Shown: positions 33,420 through 42,996 of the stretch, one piece after another
Numbering within the stretch: the stretch's first letter is position 1
Layout: every line of letters begins with the position of its first letter
NCBI GenBank assembly: GCA_964291215.2
Contig: OZ219791.1
Span: 2,336,001-2,400,000 of the forward strand
Direction: 5' to 3'
DNA length: 64,000 bases
Source: Alphaproteobacteria bacterium
GTDB taxonomy: Bacteria > Pseudomonadota > Alphaproteobacteria > MPNO01 > UBA830
Position numbers and translations under genes: made by a program
Notes under the pieces: generated by a model
What the model saw: only the letters and a program-made list of their open reading frames with translations
What the model was told of the DNA's origin: nothing
Database searches by the model: none

Positions 33420-36020
33420 CCCCACTTCCAGTCTGAAGTGCAACACCCGGCCCTCATCGCAGCATGGCGATCCCACGCTAGGTTTGTTGGAAGGGTCGGT
33501 TTCGCTTGTTCAGGATGATTCGCATTTTCGCTGGCTTTTTGTGAAGCGGCGTAGTATCCGTTGTCGTGGGGGCAGCGGATTTTTTTGAGACGACTCCGGA
33601 GGGTTTTGAGCTCCGGGATGTGGTTGTGCGCCTTGCGCGGCCTGATGTCGCTGGAACCGTGTTGTTGACCGTATCTTGGTTTCAAGCAGTTTGCCGGTCG
33701 AGGTCTGCGTGTTCACCTGGCGCGGGCGGTGGATTGGCACTGCGGGCTGGCAGACGGGCGCCCTCAGCTGCGCACCCGTTGGCTGGCGCCGCGAGGAACA
33801 GTTCAGGCGGTTGCCGGGAACAACACGAGGTTTGTTGTTCCTGGTGGTCGTTTCCGGGCCTTGCCTCGTTTGCGTTGTCGCGGATGGTGCGGCGGCGACC
33901 GGGAGGCTGCCGTTGCTTGTTGCGGAGTCGTTTGTCTTGCCGACGAAGTTCAGCGGCACCATGTACAAGGCGGCGAACCGGGAGTGCGTTGGCAGGAGCT
34001 ATGCGCGCGCCAGCGGGCGCTATACCGACCGGGGAGGCGAAGGATCTTTACGTGTTTCCGCTGCGTCGCGATGTCGGCTGCGGGATCGTTCGCCGCTTCC
34101 TGTGGCGTGGGAGTTGCGGGCGCCGCTGGTCGGCGCAGGAGTTGCGCTCGATTTATCAGCGGCGCTTTCCGGCGCGCGCAGGGGCACCGCATCGCCTCGG
34201 TGCTGTGCGTGATTTTGCTGGCTTGCGAACCGGCACGGTGCGGTTGCGGCGGCGCACTACGACGCAGAAGGAGCTGGAGCAGCATGGAAGAACAGGGACA
34301 AGCCGGTCTTCAAATCGACCGTGCACCGGGTGCTGCAGAACACCGACCCGGGATGGATCGAGGATGCTCTGCGGCGCTGGGCGCAGCCGCGCCTGGAGGT
34401 CGGCAACGCGATCGCGGTCGACGGCAAGCGCATCCGCGGCGCCAACCGCACCGGCGAGGATCATTACGAGACAGTCTCGCTGGCACGGGACCGGTATGCC
34501 GGTTTCGATCCTCAACTATTCTTCCGCGTTACCCGGCGCGTCGAATTCAAGAAATCCAGAAAACGGACAACCGAATACGCCATGACCTCGGTCAAGCGCG
34601 CCTCGCCGCAACAGCTGCTCGCATGGAATCGTGGACACTGGGTAGTCGAGAGCCATCATCATGTCCGTGATGCCACCTTCCGCGAAGACGACTCCATGCT
34701 CCGAACGCGCCCGCAAACAACGCGATCACCCTCGCAATCATCATCCGCAACAAACGCAAGCTGCCCAAACCCTTCAACAGCTTCGTCGACGCCCGCCACC
34801 ACTATGCCGACAAGCGCAAGCAGGTCCTGCACGCAATCACAAGACCAGGCTGACCGCGCCTCTCTCCCCGACAGAAACTGCAAGCTTTCGAGCCCGGCAA
34901 CCAAGGCCTCTCGCTCGCCCCGGATACGCCGACCAATCGCGCTCCGCGCCGCAACAGCGCGTCAGCAAATCTCAAAATCGCAGCCTCGAACGCGTCGACC
35001 CGCGCCACGATCAGGACTCCGATCACATCACATCAACAAGCATGGGATCACCTTGCTCATCGCAGTGAGGGCCGGGTGTTGCGCAAATTTTTCCCCTCTG
35101 CCCCTCTCGATTCCGCCTGGAAACAGCTTCAGTTCCTTCAATATCGAGCTTATGCAACGCCTTTGTCGGCTTCAAGCCGCTATTTCGCCGTCGCGCGGCA
35201 TGGACCCTGCTGCACGTTGCGGCTTTGGAACATGGCGCAGATGGTCAGGGCGGTTTCACTTCAAGGTCGAACATTACCTCCGTCGGCGATCCCAAAACTT
35301 TCCGAGTGTTGAGCCGATCCTGTACCTTCTGAACATCTTCGTTGCATATCGCGCGAAAGTCCGTGCCCTTCGGGAAGTACTCCCGCACCAGGCCGTTGGT
35401 GTGCTCATTCAAGCCGCGCTCCCAAGAATGGAAAGGCTTGGCGAAGAAGAAATCTGCGTCAAGTGCTTCAGCGACACGCCTGTGGTCTGCGAGCTCTTTG
35501 CCGTTGTGATTGTGTGGACCAATAGCGCACCAGAGCCGAGCAGGCGGATCATGACCGAACCGACCGTGTCTTTCTGCCCACCCGGCAAGGCGTATTTCGT
35601 GGCACGATCAACCAGCGACACGACAGCTCCACTGTGAGCTTTGCCGATGATGGTTCCCAGTCGCCGACCCGTTTTTTTGCCTCCGCAGGGCACTCGGAAA
35701 TGTCCACAGGGACCCGGCCGGAATGGCATCCACCCTTCCAGTTCGGCTTCTTGCCGCGCCGCCGAAGCTTCTTCCACAAGACGCCCCCGGCTCTCTGATC
35801 TTCATGAATGCGATCATGGATCCGTTGCCGACCCACGGCCCTCCAGTCGAAAACGGCCGCTGATCTGCTCGGGGCCCTCCCGCAGCTTTTTCTGAGCTTC
35901 AGCCCATCGTTGAGGCGTCAACCGCCAAGAAACAGACGAGGCGGCCCTGTGTTTCTGCCATCCTTTGCGCCTGCTTGTGACGGTAACCCCGTCCCCCGGT
36001 GTTGCGCTTGATCTCCCGGA
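33420..36020 (-). mobile_element. Degenerate IS30-family element (interrupted by ISAs1)
   Basis: REIKRN, LRRRGKK, VDISE...RVGDWE, VVSLVDRATKY, GVALQTG end; left boundary approximate. Confidence 0.78.
33463..35055 (+). mobile_element. Degenerate ISAs1-family element with an N-terminal DUF4338-like region
   Basis: TIRs CATGGCGATCCCA / TGGGATCACCTTG; exact 10-bp TSD CTCATCGCAG; IAVDGKRIRGA, RGHWVVE.HHHVRDATFRED. Confidence 0.88.
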
Positions 36021-36113
36021 AAATTGTTGATCGGTCACGGCCCGGCTGCCGAGCAATCGCACCTTGTGAAAGACCGCTTTTCTGTAACGCCTCAATCTGA
36101 CATCGCTTCGTAG

Positions 36114-39100
36114 GTACTGTAACTTGATGTCTGGAAATTTGTCTGAGGTTTGCGCTTTGAGGCGTTTCACTGGGGGGCTAGCCCTGCCGTGTAGCCACAA
36201 GTTTGCTACCCAACATGTTTTTGCACCTGTTCGAGCATGTATCGCTTGCCGTCCTCGAAGCCGAATTGGTGTCCGATTCTGTGGCCGATGGTGGCTTTCG
36301 TGAGGGTTCCGTAGCCCTGCCACATGATCTGGTTTCCGGGGTCGGGCGTTCGCCCGCGGTATCCGCCGAGATGGGCGACGAGGCGGACGGCGTTCCCGAG
36401 CGTGTCGGGAGCATCGAGCCGGCTGTTGAGGGCGTAGTGACGCAGGAAGCTGAGTTCGTGATCGGTGAACAGCAGTTCGGGCTCGCACTCGGGGACCTGC
36501 CGCAGGGTCATGACCATGATGCGCGATGACGGCGGCGCGTTGCAGGCGGTGCGGAACATGAGGAACTCGGTTCGGCAGCCGGACTTGAGGACTCTGAAGA
36601 AGTCCTCGACGCCTTTGGAGGTAATATCCGATCATCTCGGCGGCGGTTGCGGCGTGGTCGACGGTGGTGAGCAGGAACCACTGGATCGGGTCCTCGTTGC
36701 CGGGCGGGTTGCGCTCGATGAGGTGGACGGCCGAGACCGGCTTCTTGACAGTGGCCGGCAGGGTGGCCTTGCAAAAGCGCAACTCGCTTTGCGCGCGCGG
36801 CTTGACCTTGCTCGACTTCCTGCGCTCGCCGAGGCGCTCGACCCGGCTCGCGGCGGGGCTGACGGTCGCGAACAGCTTCCGTTCGCCGGCCAGGCAGCGG
36901 TCGTCCGCACCAGCAGTTCGACCCCCGGCGCTGGGCATCGAACAGACAGTCGGCCTCGCACACCGCGATCACCCGCGTCAGCGCGCGCGTCGCCCGGAGC
37001 GTGTCCTCAAGCGCCGGGTCTTGCACGTGCGGTGACCGAGGCGCAGCACGCGGCAGCCCGTTCACCGCAAGCGTCAGGTGCAATCCCAGGGCGCCGGTTT
37101 GGTTCTTGCCGATGATCTGCAGGCCATCGGTGTACGGACGACGCGTGAAGTTCAGATCGGTGCCATCGCGAGCACCGTCGACTGTCCGCGCATGCCCGTG
37201 CGCTCGCGGCGCGAGGATGTTCTCGACCGTCACGTCCGCAGGATGCTCGATCAGTCGGTAGAAACCGTTCACCGCAGCTTCGTCGCTCTCGACATTGCGC
37301 GCGCCCTGGATACGCCAGCGTCGCGCTCTTGACCAGCCGTCAACCGCTTGTCGCCCAACTGCGCACCTCCAAACTCGTTCACCGCCCACACGCCAAGCCC
37401 CTCGCCCGGATCAAGCGCCGGCGCCGCCTCCGGAACCCCCAGACGCCGCCGCGTACATGAATTCACCGGCCGCGGTTCTCGCGATCCTGACGGCCGCGCC
37501 CCGCCGTCGCGCCAAGAAGTTCGCCGCACGCAGGCACGCCCCCTGATCCTCGAGAAACGTCTCGACAAGCCACGGCTGAAAACCGTAACGCGCCTCGAAG
37601 TCCCCCGCCGCAGAACACGCCCCAGCACATGGCTGGCAAGGTTGGCAACACCCGGCCGGATCAGGAAACGGCTCAGAACCCGGTCAAGATTGTCCCGCCG
37701 CTGCGCTTCGTCCCACCCCCGGTCGCGCGCCGACAACCGCAGCGGCAGAAAACCCCGCGGCGCCCAAAAGACCATGCTCGGAGCCAACGAGATAGCGCAG
37801 CCGGCAAACGTCGTCACGCGGATGCTCGTATGCCATCAGCGTGTTCCACACCCGGCGGCCGGCGCGCGTGCCGCAATCTCAAACCTCCGAAAGCCGGTCC
37901 GGAACTCCCTCCGCAGGCGCTATCGGCGTCCCCAGAAGCGACGGCCGCACCGCCGCGGCGGTGGAAGGACAATCACTTCCGAGCGCGCCTCCAGAGCCCG
38001 CAAAGCCTTCAGACAACCGGCCCCGCCGGTCCCTGAATCCTCGCACAGACGGCGGCGCGTGGCGGCTGCCAAACCGCTCCCGCGCCAGAATCGCGGCAAT
38101 CCGGGGCTCCGCCGCGCGTGGACTGGATCTGTGACTGTGCCATGCCGCGACTCTTCGCGCCGGAGTTGTCCAGTGGGTCTTTTGCTACCCGAGCCGCTGC
38201 ACCCGCGCTGGCTGCTCAAGCCGGCGACAACAGCCAGACCGTGCCCAAAATCCCGCCAACATGGTAGGCGCGGCGGGCATCGCCAAAACCATTGCTTGGT
38301 AGATTTATGTCTACACGGCAGGGCTAGCCCCCCCCAGTGAAACGCGGCGCCATCGTGCTATCCCATGGAGTTGAAAAACATTCATGGAGGAAGCGAATGG
38401 AGCTGCGACACACTACGACGATTGAGGCCGTTTTGGAACATCTGATCGCAAACGGAGCAACGGATCTGGGGCGGGTCTTTGGTCAGCTCTTCGAGCTTGC
38501 GATGCAAATCGAGCGCGAGCAGTACTTGAAAGCGGGCCACCGGACACCGGAACGACAGGGCTATGCCAACGGCTACAAGCGGATCGACACCCCCCTGTTG
38601 CCGTTCAGGTGCCAAAGACGGCCGGTCACGGGGACGATCCGTTCTATCCCCAGTCGCTTGAACGCGGCCAGCGATCTTCTCGCGCCGTAGCCGAGATGTA
38701 CATCAAGGGTGTTTCCACGCGGCAGGATGTAATGCGCGAGTTCGGGAGCCTGTCCTCTTCTCAGGGGGCCACCAGGTTGCTCGATGAAGAACTCGCCGCC
38801 TGGCGCAACCGGCTCCTTGGGCTGATGAAATACCTGATCCTGGATGCGCGCTACGAAAAAGCCCGCCATGACGGCGTTGTGCGCGATGTTGCAGTGCTCT
38901 CGGCCATCGGAATAGGGGCTGCAGGCACGTTCTGGGGCTCTCTGTGGCGCTCTCCGAGGCCGAGGTCCATTGGAGAGCCTTCCTGGAAAGCTTGCTAGCC
39001 CTGCATGGTACGACCTTCATCGTCTCGGATGACCATGCTGGGCTGAAAGCAGCACGACGCGCGGTGCTGGGCGCGGCGACATGGCAGCGCTGCCAGTTCC

Positions 39101-39525
39101 ACTTGGCGCAAAACGCCGTGCACCGAACAACGACATCAGGAAACGTATTGGAAAACAGCTCGGAGCCATGCGTCCTCACTCCAAACCGCCGAGGCTGAAC
39201 TGGGCGCCCTCGTGGCCAGCTATCGCGACAAGCATCCAGGCTTCCTGGCTGGAAAAGAATGCGGGGCTCGCTGTCTTCACCTTGCCCGATGCTCACCGCA
39301 AACGTATGCGAACCTCGAACGGCATCGAGCGGCCGATCCAGCAAGAGCTCAAGCGGCGCACCTCCAAAGTCAGGGTCTTTCCAAACCTCGCCTCGTTGGA
39401 GCGCCTCTCAACCGCGGTCCTCATCGACGAAAAATGGGAAACCGAAACCAAGGCATACATCAAATGGGAACAGCTCGATGACTGAGAGCTTCACGACAAT
39501 TTCCAGACATCAGGTTGCGTAATCT
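36114..39525 (+). mobile_element. Degenerate IS256-family element, copy 2 (carries a nested IS4)
   Basis: Direct repeat of 25088-27569; flanked by CTTCGTAG(G) duplication at 36106 and 39526. Confidence 0.88.
36184..38321 (-). mobile_element. Degenerate IS4-family (Tn5-like) element with a DUF4338-like region
   Basis: TIRs CTGCCGTGTAG; palindromic TSD GGCTAGCC; SRFLIRPGVANLASHVLG, EFGGAQLGDKRL, IQWFLLTT, EDFFRVLKSGC, VAHLGGY. Confidence 0.82.
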
Positions 39526-39707
39526 CTTCGTAGGCCAGGTGACGGTAGCCTTTGGACATGAACAAGCTCCCTCCATCTTGTACAGGAACTCTCACCGCTA
39601 CCGCTCCGCAACATCATGCGTCTAAAAACACATGGCCACAGCCCATCATGTGTTGCACTTCACTATGGAACGGGGGGGGGGGGTATTATATCTCACATTC
39701 TATCGAG

Positions 39708-41231
39708 GTAACTGCTCACCCCTTGGTTCCGGCTTGATGTCGGGGTAGAGTAATGAACGGGTTTTCGTGGAGATTTGACACTGCAGGCCGATTCGTTTAG
39801 TGGTGGTCATCGAGAACGACGGGGACCGCCAGTGGGCTACTTTGGATCGAAGGCGACGAGCGGGCTGTGCCAGCTGCTTCCGGGGCTCCAGCCTCCGCAT
39901 GATCTGTATGTGGAAACGCATCTCGGAGGCGGCGCGCTGATGAAGCGCAAGGCCGGGTGATGGCGACGGGCGGCGCGCGAGGAGTTCGAAGCGGCCAAGA
40001 CCGCGGCGCTGCCGGCAAGGTGGCGGAAGAGGCCGTGATCCGCGTCCTCGTCATCCTGCTCGACATCATCATCGTCGTCCTTCTGGAGAAGACCACGCAC
40101 GAGCCGGAACTCCGGTCTGCCGCCGTCACAGACGGACGAGAGCGTGCCGGGAGCAACGGCCCGAAGCCGAACCGGCAGATGGGCGACAACCTGCGCAAGA
40201 CCATCGTCGAGGAGACGGTCGCGGCCTGCGACGCCTGCGGCGCTGACATCGACGGCCCCGTCGATCGGGAGCGCCGCGTCCTCTATGACATCGTGTTCGA
40301 GGTCGTCGAGCGCCGCGCCGAGATCAAGGAATGCCCGAAGTGCAAGGCCCGGGGCCGGTTCCCCGACAACATCCCGTGCAGTACGGCATTCAGGCCCTCG
40401 TCATCAACCTGCTGGTCGCCCAGATGCTGTCCCTGCACCGTCGCGCTCGTGCAGGCGATCTCCGGCATCAAGCTCTCCGAGGCAACCTGCCTCGGCTATG
40501 CTTTCACGATGTGTCATGGGAGGAGGCCGCCGTGGCGTACCTCCTGCAACGCCCGATGTCGACGATTTCGGATCAACAGTAAGTGGCTCCATGTCGTGGG
40601 ACCCTGACGTGTAAGTTCCCGCACCGCAAGCGCGGGCAAGAGATCGGCATCATCCCGTGTTACAAGGGCGTCCTGACTGCTGGGCCTCGTACATGGGCTA
40701 TGACCAATGTAGCCACCAGCTGTGCGGCAGCCACCTGCTGCGCGAACTGACCTTTGTCGTCGAGGCTACCGCGCGACTGATGAAGAGCCTGCTCCGCGAG
40801 GTCTGCCACAAGGTCAACAAGAGCGCATCCAGGACCCTGAACGACGCCGGGCCGGGCGCAAGCGCTACCGCACCATCAGGGCGCCAGGGAACTGCCCGAC
40901 ATCCCGACGAAAGGAAAACGTGGACGCAAGTCCGACGCGCACAACCTGCACGAACGTCTCGTGAAACACGAAAACCTGCGCTTCACAGACGACCCTGATG
41001 TCAGCTTCACCAACAATGCCGGAGAACAGAAAATCAGGATGGCAAAGGTCAAGGTGTCCGGATGCTTCCGCTCCACGCAAAAGCATGGTGCCGGAGCTCA
41101 AGCTACCTCACCTCCATGGCCGCACTCGGCTACAACCCACTCGTCGCCACCCAGATCGCCCTCGATGGAAAAGCCGCAGACATCATCAACGAGCACTATG
41201 AATCAGAACCCAACAAGGGGTGAGTAGATAC
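39708..41231 (+). mobile_element. Degenerate IS66-family element
   Basis: TIRs GTAACTGCTCACCCC / GGGGTGAGTAGATAC; exact 8-bp TSD CTATCGAG; CDACG...CPKC, QLCGSHLLREL, FTNNAGEQKIRMAKVKVSGCFRS. Confidence 0.9.
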
Positions 41232-41250
41232 CTATCGAGTTATAACGAAA

Positions 41251-41307
41251 GTGGTTGCGGGGGCAGGCAACCACCGAGACCGACATCTGATCGAAATCCC
41301 GGTCTGA
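41251..41307 (+). other. Second tRNA-fMet-like att/recombinase tail
   Basis: GTGGTTGCGGGGGCAGGCAACC, reading VVAGAGNHRDRHLIEIPV*; homologous to 24766-24787. Confidence 0.55.
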
Positions 41308-41343
41308 TCCGCCGCAACCCTTTGATCTAAAGAGGTATATGTA

Positions 41344-42512
41344 ATACCAGCGGTTGAGGGTTGAGACTCATTGAGGGGATTCCCAAGGTTATCGAGTTCT
41401 GACTCAATAGCGATTCTGCGATTGGAGGGTCGTTATGAGGGCAGCAATCCCCTTGAGGGAGGATTTTGATGCGGCGCAGTTGCGCGGCTTGGCGCAGCGG
41501 AGCCGGGATGGTGCGCAGAACCGTCGCCTTCTTGCGCTTGCGGTGATTTACGACGGTTACCGTCGTTCGGATGCGGCGCGTTTTGCGGGGGTGGGCTTGC
41601 AGATCATCCGGGACTGGGTTCTTCGCTTCAACGCGGAAGGCCCGGAGGGATTGAAGGATCGCAAGGCCTCAGGTCCACCGCGCAAGTTGAACGGGGAGCA
41701 GCGCGCGGCGCTGGCGGCGGTTGTGGAGAGCGGTCCGGACCCGGCGGTCCACGGCGTGGTGCGGTGGCGGCGCTGCGACCTGGCGGCATGGCTCAGCGAG
41801 CAGTTCGGCATCTCGTTGGCGGAGACGACGGTCGGGCGGGAGTTGCGCCGGATGGGCTACGCCAGGCTGTCTGCGCGCCCGCGCCACCATGCCCAGGACG
41901 AAGCCGCGCTGGCGGCGTTCAAAAAAACTTCCCAGACCGCCTGAAGGAGATCCGCGCTGCACTCGGCGACGGCGTCGAGGTCGAAGTCTGGTGGCAGGAC
42001 GAGGCGCGCGTCGGGCAGAAGAACAAGATCACCCGGCGATGGGCGAAACGCGGCACCCGACCGTCAGCGCCCAAGGACCAGAGAACGACATCGGCCTACA
42101 TCTTCGGCGCCATATGCCCGCAGAAGGGCAAGGCCGCCGGCCTCGTCATGCCCCACGCCAACACGGAGGCACTCAACGCCCACCTCGCCGAGGTCGCCCT
42201 CACCGTTGAACCCGGAGCCCATGCCCTCGTCATGCTCGACCGGGCCGGATGGCACACATCCCCGGCCCTCAAAGTCCCCGACAACATAACCCTGATGCCG
42301 CTCCCGCCCCGGTCCCCCGAACTCAATCCCGTCGAGAATGTCTGGCAGTTCATGCGCGAAAATTGGCTCTCGAACCGCGTCTTCAAAAGCTACGACGACA
42401 TACTCGATCACTGCTGCCAAGCCTGGAACAATCTCGTCTCACAACCAGAACGCATCGCCTCCATCGGAACCCGAAAATGGGCCAATGGGTTCTGAACTAC
42501 GCCCGCTGGTAT
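41344..42512 (+). mobile_element. Apparently intact IS630-family element
   Basis: TIRs (A)TACCAGCGG / CCGCTGGTA(T), TA flanks; two overlapping open frames. Confidence 0.9.
41435..42495 (+). CDS. IS630 transposase (programmed frameshift at TTCAAAAAAAC, ~41918-41928)
   Basis: HTH ORF ending FKKTS; DDE ORF WWQDEARVG, LDRAGWH, PPRSPELNPVENVW. Confidence 0.88.
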
Positions 42513-42559
42513 AAATCCGTAGCTTGCCGTCCGCTAGTGGCAAAGCGCGAGGCACCTGA

Positions 42560-42934
42560 TTGGCAGCGGTCCTTCAGCCGGTCGAACAGCGTCCGGTCGT
42601 TCTCGGCGACTGCGGCCAGCGCCGGCCCTCGGCCTCGCCGATGATCTGCAGGCCGAAGCTGTGGAAGGTGCGCACCGTCAAGCCGTCCGCGACCCCGGAT
42701 TCAAGACGATTGCGGAGGCGTTCCTCCATCTCCTTGCGGGCGTCGCGGGCGAAGGCAAGGAGCAACAGTTCGGACTGTTTGCGCTCCATCCTGCGGACGA
42801 GCCATCCGGCCTTGGCGACGATGACCGAGGTCTTGCCGCTGCCGGCCGCCGCGACCACGAGATTGCGGCAAGCGTCCACCACCACCGCCTAGCGCTGCTC
42901 TTCCGTGAGCGGGCGGGCCTCAATCCGGTCGAAC
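42560..42934 (-). pseudogene. UvrD/helicase IV (HelD-like) fragment
   Basis: FDRIEARPLTEEQR*AVVVD...AAAGSGKTSVIVAKAGWL...LAFARDA..EMEER...TFHSFG; truncated at both ends. Confidence 0.8.
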
Positions 42935-42939
42935 ACCTA

Positions 42940-42973
42940 GAACTTCAAGCCCCCGTCAAGCTGAAATCCGGGT
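42940..42973 (+). repeat. 34-bp direct repeat, copy 1
   Basis: GAACTTCAAGCCCCCGTCAAGCTGAAATCCGGGT; 29/34 identical to 56676-56709. Confidence 0.75.
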
Positions 42974-42996
42974 GTTTCGCTCGCATCGCTTACTGT

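Noticed and set aside
33680-37820. Druantia defence system
   Set aside because: DUF4338-like segments lie inside TIR/TSD-bounded IS elements, and no DruE-like helicase is adjacent
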